A DNA stretch of 64,000 nt from assembly GCA_963705105.1 (NCBI GenBank), contig CAVPIW010000006.1:640001-704000 (forward strand). The letters run 5' to 3'. Below the pieces are notes generated by a model. That model saw only the letters and a list, made by a program, of their open reading frames with translations. It was not told the DNA's origin and ran no database searches. Shown here piece by piece: positions 8,937-17,763 of the stretch. The DNA is from an uncultured Nitrospiraceae bacterium. Lineage in GTDB: Bacteria > Nitrospirota > Thermodesulfovibrionia > Thermodesulfovibrionales > Dissulfurispiraceae. The position numbers and the translations under genes were made by a program. Every line of letters starts with the position of its first letter. Position 1 is the first letter of the stretch.

Positions 8937-10677
8937 ACCTGTTCGTTATCGGGAACCTCCGGTCCTTGCCGAAGGCCCTCGGCGTTATCTTGACGCCGGG
9001 GGGCGACTGGCGTCTCTTGTACTCGCTCGTATCGACCATCCTCAGGACACGCCGGACTGCCTGTTCCCCGCACCCCGGGACGGCACGGATTATCTCGTCA
9101 TGACTCATGTCCTTCTCGATGTAATCGCGGAGGATCGGGTCGAGCACGTCGTAGGGAGGAAGGGTGTCCGTGTCACGCTGGTCAGGCTTGAGCTCCGCCG
9201 TCGGCGCCTTGACGAGCACCCGCTCCGGGATGATGGCCCTCCCGGCGTCGTCGTTCCTCCACCGGCAGAGGTCATACACGAGGGTCTTGGGAACATCCTT
9301 GATGACGGCGAACCCGCCCGCCATATCCCCGTACAGCGTGGCATACCCCACGCTCATCTCCGACTTGTTTCCCGTCGTCAGCACGAGCCAGCCGAACTTG
9401 TTCGAGAAGGCCATCAGGATGTTCCCCCTGATCCTCGCCTGGATGTTCTCCTCCGTCGTGTCGACGGGGAGGCCCGAAAACCAGGGACCGAGGGTGGCCA
9501 GGAACTGTTTGAATATGTCGTCAATGGGCACTTCGATGACACGTATGCCGAGGGCCCCGGCAAGGTCCCTCACGTCCTGCCCGCTCTCGTCGGACGTATA
9601 GGGCGAAGGCATGAAGATCCCCGTGACGTGTTCATGCCCGACGGCATCGACGGCGACGGCGGCGACGATGGACGAATCGATGCCGCCGCTCAGGCCGATG
9701 CAGACCCCCGTGAACCTGTTCTTCCGGACATAGTCTCCTGTTCCGAGCACGAGGGCGCGGTAGACTTCTTCCGGCCCTCCCGGCAACTGTTCCATCTTCA
9801 CGGGGACGCGCCGGGGACAGGGAGGACGGCTTAACGCTCCCTGCGCGAAGGGACCGGGCAGGGGCACGCGCTCCGTCAGGCATCCCTGCTGCGACAGCAC
9901 CTGTTTCCTCCTCCTCGGGTCATGGAGCCTTTTCATCAGGACGGCATCAAGATCGATATCGACGACTATGAGGTCCTCTTCGAATGCCTTGCCTTCGGCG
10001 ATGATCTCTCCGCCCTGGTCGATGACGAAGCTGTGGCCGTCGAAGACGAGCTCGTCCTGGCCGCCGACGGTGTTCAGATACGCAACGGCAACGGAATTCT
10101 CCGAGGCGCGCGTCGAGAGCATCTTTCTGCGGAAGTCGGACTTGGCAATGTGGAAAGGAGAGGCGTTGATGTTGATGATGAGTTCCGCTCCTGCCAGGGC
10201 CTGGACCACCGTCGGGCCGTCGGGGTACCAGATGTCCTCGCAGATGTTGACACCGAAGAGGACGCCGTTCATGTCGTAAACGGGGTACCTCGTGCCCGTC
10301 TGGAAATAGCGGAATTCGTCGAAGACGCCGTAGTTCGGCAGGTGTACCTTGTGATAGACATCGACAATCTTTCCGGACCGGATGACCGCCGCGGCGTTGA
10401 AGATGTCGTCTTTCCTGTCTACAAACCCGACGACGACGGTGGCGTCGCCCACCATCTGCCGGACCTCGTCGAGGGCCTCCAGGTTGTCATCGATGAACTT
10501 CGGCCTCAGGAGCAGATCCTCGGGCGGGTAGCCCGTGATCGCAAGTTCCGGGAAGGCGATGATGTCAGGGCACAGCGGGGAGGCGTCGCCGATGAAGCGC
10601 CGTATCAGCTCCGTGTTTCCCCGGAGATCACCGACGGTCGGGTTGATCTGGCAGAGGGCGATGCGAACCGTTCTCAT
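8926..10677 (-). CDS. nadE: Glutamine-dependent NAD+ synthetase
   Basis: Nitrilase domain (FPEL, YHKVHLPNYGVFDE, ICEDIW) plus GLSGGIDS, ENIQARIRG, TGNKSE, GYATLYGD, KAPTAEL. Confidence 0.96.
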   Translation of the reverse strand: MRTVRIALCQINPTVGDLRGNTELIRRFIGDASPLCPDIIAFPELAITGYPPEDLLLRPKFIDDNLEALDEVRQMVGDATVVVGFVDRKDDIFNAAAVIRSGKIVDVYHKVHLPNYGVFDEFRYFQTGTRYPVYDMNGVLFGVNICEDIWYPDGPTVVQALAGAELIININASPFHIAKSDFRRKMLSTRASENSVAVAYLNTVGGQDELVFDGHSFVIDQGGEIIAEGKAFEEDLIVVDIDLDAVLMKRLHDPRRRKQVLSQQGCLTERVPLPGPFAQGALSRPPCPRRVPVKMEQLPGGPEEVYRALVLGTGDYVRKNRFTGVCIGLSGGIDSSIVAAVAVDAVGHEHVTGIFMPSPYTSDESGQDVRDLAGALGIRVIEVPIDDIFKQFLATLGPWFSGLPVDTTEENIQARIRGNILMAFSNKFGWLVLTTGNKSEMSVGYATLYGDMAGGFAVIKDVPKTLVYDLCRWRNDDAGRAIIPERVLVKAPTAELKPDQRDTDTLPPYDVLDPILRDYIEKDMSHDEIIRAVPGCGEQAVRRVLRMVDTSEYKRRQSPPGVKITPRAFGKDRRFPITNRYEG

Positions 10678-10720
10678 GCATCAATTGTAGCGCTCACCGG
10701 TGAAAATGTAAACATTCTAT

Positions 10721-10934
10721 TTGTATAAAAAGGCGGGGCGAGGCGCCTCAAAGCCTCACTGGTAGCTGCGCGGTCTCCGGGACGGCAAATATGGTTCAAA
10801 GCCTTCCCGTCGGTGCGTTTATCGTCCCGTTTCTCTCTTTGCCTGCCGTCTATTGTCTATTGCATTCTGTCTACTGTCTACTGTTTCATGGCGCCTTTGC
10901 CCCGCATTTCCTGAGGGCGTATGCCACGATAAAG
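10721..10934 (-). repeat. Intergenic repeat family, diverged copy with an internal 7-bp tandem array
   Basis: AAAAAGGCGGGGCGAGGCGCCTCAAAGCC ... GCCCCGCATTTCCTGAGGGCGTATGC ends; (TCTAYTG)n at 10849-10883. Confidence 0.7.
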
Positions 10935-10948
10935 CGAACGTTGCCGTT

Positions 10949-10990
10949 GTTCTCTGTGATCTCTGTGACCTCTGTGGCTGAATGGCCTTT
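10949..10990 (+). repeat. 42-bp repeat identical to 13922-13963
   Basis: GTTCTCTGTGATCTCTGTGACCTCTGTGGCTGAATGGCCTTT at both sites. Confidence 0.9.
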
Positions 10991-10999
10991 GTTGCCTGT

Positions 11000-12343
11000 T
11001 TATTTCGGCAGGATAAAGTAGAAGTTGTTCCCGTACTGCGTCGGTTCGTACCCCACGACACCGCAGTGGAGCTCGATGACGTTCTTGATGAAGGCCAGCC
11101 CGTGACCGGTGCCGGGACGTTTCTCGGCATTCGATCCCCTGAAATCCTCATCGAAAATCCTGCCCCTCTCCACGGGCGGAATGTGAGGTCCGGTGCTGAA
11201 GACGTTGTACTTGACACCGTCCCTGCCCTCTCCGAAATAATCCCTGATGATCTCCCGCCCGTAGGCTATATATTTCTTCCTCTCTCCCCAGTAGGTCTCG
11301 ACTTCCTCGGTATACTTCACGGCGTTCGAAAAGAGGTTCGCGTAAACCTGGGCGAGCAGTCCCACATCGACGACGCTGATCGTCTCCTCCTCGGGGATGC
11401 CGCTCGTCTGGTCGTCGACGGCAATCCCCCTGTCCTGGAGCTGGTCGCTGTAGCGGTCGAGCTGCGGCCGCACCACGTCCCGCGTTATGAAACAGGGTTT
11501 CGTCCTGAGGATCAGGCGTCCCTGGTCGAAATGGCTCCTCCTCAGGAGGGTCTCGAGAAAGAGACTCATGTTCTCGTAATGCTTTTCCAGATTCTCCAGT
11601 TCCTCCCTGAGCCCGCGGTTCACGTCGGCCAGCTCCGCAAGGACGCGGTCCTTGCATCCCCTGTCGCAGGGCTCCTCGTCCAGGTGAAGCAGGACGTCCT
11701 CTATCTCCCTGTTCTTGAGGATCTTCGCCTTGATGCGGCGCAGGTAGAGTTTATAGACGATGTTCGGCACGATGATGTTGTGCTCGATATCGGCGACGAG
11801 GTTGCGGATGAACCGCAGGTGCTCTGCATTCTTCTCGGCCATATACCGGTTGTGAATGTTGAATCCGATGCGGTTCGCAAACTTTTCGAAGAACAGCTTC
11901 TGCTGGTCATCCGGCTCCGCGATGGGGAAGACCTCAAGGAACCCGAGGACCTTGTCCGTCGTTTTAAAGGGAAGCTGATTGATGAGCACGTCTTTCCCCC
12001 TGATCATCAGGACGAGACTCTTCAGATCGGTGTAATAGGGCGCGTCACGGGGAACGATATCAGCCGGCGGCGTTGTGTGAAGGGCCGACTCGTCCTCTTC
12101 AGTCGTCGCAACGAGTCTGAGTTCCGCCTTCTTCAATTCTATAAGATAGAGCCTGCATTCAAGCTTGAAAAAGCTTTTCGGGATGGCGACGCAGAGGTTG
12201 TAGAAGTCATCGACCTTGTCGATTTCCTGGGCCAGGTCGAAAAACGTCTTGAGGGCGTCGTTCTCGCGCTGCGAGAAGTTGTACCTCCAATAATCCCCCT
12301 TTTTCTGCTCGATTCTTTCCAGAATGTTTTCCCGGATCGCCAT
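11000..12343 (-). CDS. Soluble sensor histidine kinase (HATPase_c)
   Basis: H-box-like VADIEHNIIVP, N-box QVYANLFSNAVKY, G2 GTGHGL; no TM. Confidence 0.8.
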   Translation of the reverse strand: MAIRENILERIEQKKGDYWRYNFSQRENDALKTFFDLAQEIDKVDDFYNLCVAIPKSFFKLECRLYLIELKKAELRLVATTEEDESALHTTPPADIVPRDAPYYTDLKSLVLMIRGKDVLINQLPFKTTDKVLGFLEVFPIAEPDDQQKLFFEKFANRIGFNIHNRYMAEKNAEHLRFIRNLVADIEHNIIVPNIVYKLYLRRIKAKILKNREIEDVLLHLDEEPCDRGCKDRVLAELADVNRGLREELENLEKHYENMSLFLETLLRRSHFDQGRLILRTKPCFITRDVVRPQLDRYSDQLQDRGIAVDDQTSGIPEEETISVVDVGLLAQVYANLFSNAVKYTEEVETYWGERKKYIAYGREIIRDYFGEGRDGVKYNVFSTGPHIPPVERGRIFDEDFRGSNAEKRPGTGHGLAFIKNVIELHCGVVGYEPTQYGNNFYFILPK

Positions 12344-12657
12344 GGCGTTATCCCCTGCGAGGAATTGATTGATCGGCGCATCGCACCATGCCCATCAATC
12401 CTCACGATTCAAATTACGGATTGAGACAATGATCACATCAGAATGTTGCCCGATATTATATCAGATTCTTCGGCCCGCGGGGTTTTCATAAGAGCTCATT
12501 GGTGTCCAAAATAGCCTGAAACCAGGACAGGAATCGATTTCTTCACAATAAACAAGGGCGCTCTATTTTCCGGCCCTATCCCCTGCATGTCTGAAACATT
12601 TCAGAAATATTTCCTCCCTTGCACGCTGGCTGCGATTTCCATACAATTATTATTACG

Positions 12658-12791
12658 GTTGCATGAAAAGGCGGGGCAAAGCGCTCTGAAAATATAGTGT
12701 CAGTGACAGTGTGAGTGTCAGCAAAAGGTTCTCTTTTCTTCAGACGTCGGCCTATAATGGTCTCTATGGGACGGCAAAGGTGTCGCAGCAC
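12658..12791 (-). repeat. Intergenic repeat family, partial copy
   Basis: GTTGCATGAAAAGGCGGGGCAAAGCGCTCTGAAAATATAGTGTCAGTGACAGTG matches the reverse complement of the 3' part of the copy at 8397. Confidence 0.8.
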
Positions 12792-12832
12792 CACAATACC
12801 ATGACAATCAGGTACCGAAAGGGGGCAAGCGC

Positions 12833-13594
12833 ATGTGCCTCGTACTTCTCGCATGGCATGCACATCGTGATTATCCGCTGATCGTCGCAGCGAACCGCGA
12901 CGAGTTCTTCGATCGCCCCACCGGGCAGGCGGCCTTCTGGGAGGATAACCCTGGAGTGCTCGGGGGCAGAGACCTGGCCCGGGGCGGCACATGGCTCGGC
13001 ATCACCCGCTCAGGCCGGTTCGCAGCACTCACGAACTATCGCGAACCGTCTCTGAAACTCCGCGATGCGCTGTCGCGGGGCGCAGTGGTCGCCCGCTTCC
13101 TGACGGACGAAGAGAGCCCTGCCCGGTTTCGGGACTTCCTTGATACCGAGGGACACAAGTACAACGGGTTCAACATCCTGTTCAGCGACGGCCGCACAAT
13201 GGGCTACTACTCGAACGTCGACGGCGGAGGACGGGTGTTGGCACCCGGCATATACGGGCTGTCCAATCACCTGCTCGACACGCCCTGGCCGAAGGTCGTC
13301 CGCGCGAAGAATGCCGTCTCCTCCGCAATTGACGCACTGCCGGATGTTGAGCCGCTCTTCACGCTGCTGCGGGATGACCGCATCGCCCATGATGAGGAGC
13401 TGCCCGATACCGGCGTGAGCCTCGACTGGGAGAGGCTGCTCTCCGCGGCATTCGTCCGCTCGCCTTCCTACGGGACGCGGTCGAGCACGGTTTTGTTCGT
13501 CACCGCAGGTGGCCTGACGCGATTCGTCGAAAGGACCTTCCTGCACGACGGGGCGCCGGGCGGAGACGCCGCATTCACCTTCTATACAGTGTGA
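12833..13594 (+). CDS. NRDE/TANGO2-family protein
   Basis: MCL start, AANRDEF, GGTWLG, ALTNYRE, YGLSNHLLDTPWPK, YGTRSST. Confidence 0.92.
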   Translation: MCLVLLAWHAHRDYPLIVAANRDEFFDRPTGQAAFWEDNPGVLGGRDLARGGTWLGITRSGRFAALTNYREPSLKLRDALSRGAVVARFLTDEESPARFRDFLDTEGHKYNGFNILFSDGRTMGYYSNVDGGGRVLAPGIYGLSNHLLDTPWPKVVRAKNAVSSAIDALPDVEPLFTLLRDDRIAHDEELPDTGVSLDWERLLSAAFVRSPSYGTRSSTVLFVTAGGLTRFVERTFLHDGAPGGDAAFTFYTV

Positions 13595-13704
13595 GTGTGA
13601 GTGTCAGTGTCAGTGAATGTGCACGTTCTTATCATGGATATGGCCACCCTCCCCCCCAGGGGAAGAGGGGTTGGGAGATAGGCACGGCGATTATTAACCT
13701 TATC

Positions 13705-13902
13705 GTTGCAATACACTCCCGGGAAAGGCGGGGTGTATGCGCCGAAAACCTTGCTGCGGCGACTCCTGTATCAAAACGAAAGATGAACTATACGCCAATG
13801 GTCGATGACACAAAGAGTGGAATCCTGAAACACGAAGATGACAATGCGTATCGTCGCCTTCAGCAAGGCTTTGAGGCGCTTCGCCCCGCCTTTCTATTCA
13901 AC
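13705..13902 (+). repeat. Intergenic repeat family copy (same subtype as 53823-54019)
   Basis: GTTGCAATACACTCCCGGGAAAGGCGGGG...CCTTCAGCAAGGCTTTGAGGCGCTTCGCCCCGCCTTTCTATTCAAC. Confidence 0.85.
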
Positions 13903-13992
13903 GACAGGGTTTATTTCCCCCGTTCTCTGTGATCTCTGTGACCTCTGTGGCTGAATGGCCTTTCTCTGCGCTCTTTGCGGCTTTGCGTGAGA

Positions 13993-16282
13993 CTACAGGA
14001 CGATCGTCACCGTCGCCCCTGTGGAGACGTGAGCCCCGAAGTCCCATCGCTGCATCACCTTCCTAAGACAGTCAGCGACGGGTTTCGATGCCGCAGAGGT
14101 GACGGACGTCACCTTCCCCTTTTTGATGACGATGGACAGCATGATCTGACCGTGAAGCCCTTTGCCTGCGAGGCATCTTTTCATATCGACAAGTTTACCG
14201 CTGAGCACCGCCTCAATCCCGGCTTTGTGCTCCCTCCGGTCCGCTTCGACCTTCGTGATGCGAAGAGAAAGGTCCCCCTCGCCTTCCGAGCGGCCCGTTT
14301 TTTCCTTCGCCGCGTCCTGTGCCATTTCTTTCCGCGACGTCTTGCGCTCCATGACTCCCAAAGCCTGAGGCGCCGCCGATGCCACGGCATAATTTGAAAC
14401 CCCTTCGGGCAGGGGAAGCGGCTGCTTTATCGTCGTCGCATTCCCTCCGGCGTTCCTGACGAGCGTATCGACGGCGACGAACGAGGTGTATGCCGTCAGA
14501 AGGCTGTATTGCAGACCGAGCCTCGTCACCTCGCCGGTCCTGCCCTCGTCGGACCTGAGCGCGTTGTAGTCCGACAGGAGCGCCACCCTGTTCCTCGCCC
14601 AGAGAAAGCGCAGCGCTGAGTTCCTTCTTATCGGGCTTTGCTGCACCCACATCGATGACTTCCGAGTGCTTCGAGTTCCCGGTGATACCGCCGACCCTGA
14701 TGGTGCCTCCCGGCCTGCCCTTCCATTTCCCGCAGATCACTACGGGCCGGTCGGCAAGCACATCCGGAACCGAAGGGGGGTCCACATCGTAGACCTCGAA
14801 TCCCCGGTAATCGATAGAGATGTTGGTGAGCACAGGGGACTGGATGAGCTTCCGGAAGGCCGTTGCCTTCTCCCGGGCTTCCTCCGCCCTCGTCACCACG
14901 AAAGGCTCTCCCGCGCCGACCCTCGCCATGCCTTCGATAAGATGCCTGTTGACGGCTGAGCCGATGCCGAAGGTGAACATATTCGCGTCACCGAGATGTC
15001 TTCGCATGAGATCGAACACCTCCTCCTCGACGGTCACATAACCGTCCGTGACAATGACCACGGTCCTCGAAAACCCCTTCGACCCCGGCAGGGAAAGGGC
15101 CCGTTTGAGTGCCGGCAGCAACTCTGTTCCTCCTCCCCCCGTCTGCCTTTCGATCACGTTCACCGCCTTCGCAATGTTCTCCTGCGTCGCAGGCAGCGAC
15201 TTTTCGGCCATCACCGTGTTGCCGCCGGAAAAGAGGAGCACGTTGAAGACATCCGTCGGTCTCAGGCCGCCGATGAGGTCCTTCAGGAGCTTTTTCGAAA
15301 TATCCAGGGGAAAGCCGTGCATCGATCCGGACACGTCGACGATGAATATGTACTCGCGGCCGGGGATGTCTTTCGCTGTTACCCTCTTCGGCGGCTGCAC
15401 CGTCAGGAGAAAGAAGTTCTCCCTTTCGCCCTCATAGAGGAGGAGTCCGGAGCCGATATGCCTGTCCGCCAGGGTATATCTCAGGATGAAATCCCTGTTG
15501 CCCGATCCTGCCTGCCCCTTCGCCAAAGAGACCGCTGCAGAGGACGGCCCGCTGTAGCGTACATCGATTTTGTGCGACGGCGACGATATGCCGCTGACGG
15601 GAACGCCCGTCAGCAGGCTCGTCCTGATCTCGAATGAATAGGTCGGCGCCTGGCTTTCCTTCAGATAGGGGTTGCTCACCCACTTGTCGCCCGGGGACGT
15701 ACCGCTTCCCGCATACCTCGGCCCCACGACGGTCGGGTAGACGAACTCATAGATCCCGTCGGTGGGCACGACGATTTCGGTGTATTTGAGTTCAACCTTC
15801 ACCACGTCACCGGGCATGATGTTGCCGACGGTCATCTGGAAGACATTGGGCCTCTGCTGTTCCAGGAGCGACGCCGTTTTGCCTTCCCTGACCGCCTCGT
15901 CGTAGCGTTTTCGTGCCTCTTCCTTTTTTTGAATCACCGCGGTGATCGTCCTTTCCCCGATCGTCATCTTCATACCATATACCGCCGCCCGCGTCGAAGC
16001 AGGAAAGACATAGACGGCCTCGATGGCCTTTTTACCGCGGTTTTCATAGACCTGCGTCACCTGTACATCGGCGATCACCCCGGCGATGTTCACCGCAGCA
16101 GATGTCGACGTGAGGGGCAGGCTCTCCGCGCCCTCATCACCGCCGGGGACAAAGAAGTACGGCGCCAGGGTCCTGTCCCCCGATTCATCCTCCTTCGGCC
16201 CGTCGACTCCCTTCGACCAGCACAGACCCGATACAACGAGAACAACGGCAACTGCAAACCCGATCAACTTCATTCTCTCCAT
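13993..16282 (-). pseudogene. VIT + vWA protein with AgmX/PglI-like C-terminal domain; single frameshift near 14620-14630 (real or sequencing error)
   Basis: VIT (AVYVFP, ASLLEQQRPNVF), MIDAS DVSGSM, GGGGTEL, TDG; frame switches at KPDKK to NSALRFLWAR...YTSFVAVD in ORF 13993-14652; start MERMK after GGAGG. Confidence 0.8.
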
Positions 16283-16667
16283 GGTGCTTCCTCCTTGTAT
16301 GAATGGGTTTTGGTTCTTAGATGCCGCAGGGGGAGGAAAAGTTCCCGAAAAAGACAGGCAATACGAGAGCCGGCAGTCAGCAGTCAATATAACAGTCATA
16401 ATAACGAGCACCATGGCGATGATGGTCCCGGGTGAAATCTCAAAGCGCACTACTTCCGCTCGGGCGGGACCATCTTTCGGCGGTGGCTCGTGCCGCTGCC
16501 CCTCCCATCGCGATGATGGTGCGTCGTACCATGCTGCTCATCAGAGTGAGACGTCTTTTCTCCTTCACCGTCAAGGAAGCCCGCTCACTGCCTGATTGAA
16601 GAAGCTTTGACATCTGGGGTCATTGTGTGATAATCTCTATCACAAAAAAACAGGGGGGTACGAGATT

Positions 16668-17099
16668 ATGAAGAAGGCATTATTAGCCGGTTTGGCCGTT
16701 TTTATCAGCATTGCATTTGTGACGAATGTATTTGCCCAGATGTCCGAGAAGAAGGAAACGACTACCACTACCACTACCACAACCACTCCTGCGAAGAAAC
16801 AAACAACTACCACTACCGCAACGAAAAGCAAGGGCATGAAGTTCACGGGCGAAGTCACGAACATGGATATGGCAGGGAAGATGATGACCGTGAAAGGCAA
16901 GAAGGGCGACATGACCTTCGACGTTTCAAGCGCCAAGATGAAGGGCCAGGTTAAGGCCGGCGACATGGTTACGGTGAAGTACATGGAGAAAGACGGCACG
17001 ATGATGGCCTCTTCAGTCACCAAGGGGAAAGCGAAGAAGACGACGACCACAAAGACCACTACCACAACAACAAAGACAAAGGAAGAAACCACGAAGTAA
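16668..17099 (+). CDS. Exported Thr/Lys-rich small beta-barrel protein
   Basis: Signal peptide MKKALLAGLAVF...FAQ; FTGEV...MTVKGKKGDMTF...VKAGDMVTVKY core between poly-Thr tracts. Confidence 0.75.
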   Translation: MKKALLAGLAVFISIAFVTNVFAQMSEKKETTTTTTTTTTPAKKQTTTTTATKSKGMKFTGEVTNMDMAGKMMTVKGKKGDMTFDVSSAKMKGQVKAGDMVTVKYMEKDGTMMASSVTKGKAKKTTTTKTTTTTTKTKEETTK

Positions 17100-17310
17100 G
17101 AATCCAGGTCATACCCAGGGACGGGGGAGACAGAGCGAGTCCCCCCTGTCCAGCACAATCAACGCATCAACCGCGTCAGGCGCTGTTCCTGAGAGTATAA
17201 TGGGGTTGATGTCGATTTCTTAAACATCGTTCCGCCATCGCTTATGTTTACATAGACCTCCGCTCCTCCCTTTCCTTCACGCCGTGGAAGCAAAAAAGCA
17301 AGAGGAATGC

Positions 17311-17341
17311 CTGACATATCAGGAGACTCCTGATATGTCAG
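17311..17341. promoter_or_regulatory. 15-bp perfect inverted repeat, candidate activator binding site
   Basis: CTGACATATCAGGAG-A-CTCCTGATATGTCAG, about 100 bp upstream of a sigma-54-like promoter. Confidence 0.5.
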
Positions 17342-17440
17342 AAGACGGCACTGTTCGCAATATCATTCCCTCATCGCAGCATTCGCTGAAGTTCCTGTCA
17401 TTTCAAAGTCTTAAAGGATCCTTTCTTTCAACGCAGGTCT

Positions 17441-17456
17441 TGGCACAACTTATGCT
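17441..17456 (+). promoter_or_regulatory. Putative sigma-54 (-24/-12) promoter
   Basis: TGGCAC-AACTT-ATGCT with GG-N10-GC spacing. Confidence 0.5.
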
Positions 17457-17501
17457 CATTAACATTATGCAGTAGGCGTTTAGAGAGAAAGGAGAAGAGT
17501 C

Positions 17502-17582
17502 ATGAACACGGAAACCTTACTTATCATCATTTTTTTGATTTTGATCTTCGGCGGAGGTGGATTCTGGTGGAGTCGACGTTAG
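17502..17582 (+). CDS. 26-aa small membrane protein MNTETLLIIIFLILIFGGGGFWWSRR (not in ORF track)
   Basis: AAGGAG RBS at 17489-17494, ATG 17502, TAG 17580-17582; single TM plus GGGG-aromatic tail. Confidence 0.65.
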   Translation: MNTETLLIIIFLILIFGGGGFWWSRR

Positions 17583-17763
17583 GTATTCACAAAGACAGGA
17601 GGAGGCAAATCAGGGTCGTTTTTCTTGTCGTCAGTCGTAGCAGTCAAGTCGAAATCCAAAAGGGGGAATGTCATGAAATCCAGCATGAAGGACAAAGTGA
17701 ACCCCAGCTCGATAGGAGTTTTCTCATATGACTTCTGCGTAAGGGGAACTTAGGAAAAAACCC

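Noticed and set aside
8704..10728. Long + strand ORFs (376 aa, 268 aa)
   Set aside because: Antisense shadows of nadE in GC-rich DNA
10982..12424. 480-aa + strand ORF
   Set aside because: Antisense shadow of the histidine kinase; no motifs
13591..13932. Apparent protein family GVCAENLAAATPVS (also 48530-48883 and 53820-54113)
   Set aside because: Translations of the intergenic repeat; starts, stops and flanks are not conserved
14213..14620. C-terminal ~135 aa of the 745-aa ORF
   Set aside because: Out-of-frame read-through after the frameshift; the true C-terminus is in ORF 13993-14652
16640..17158. Poly-Val membrane-like ORF on the - strand
   Set aside because: Reverse complement of the poly-Thr tracts of the real + strand gene
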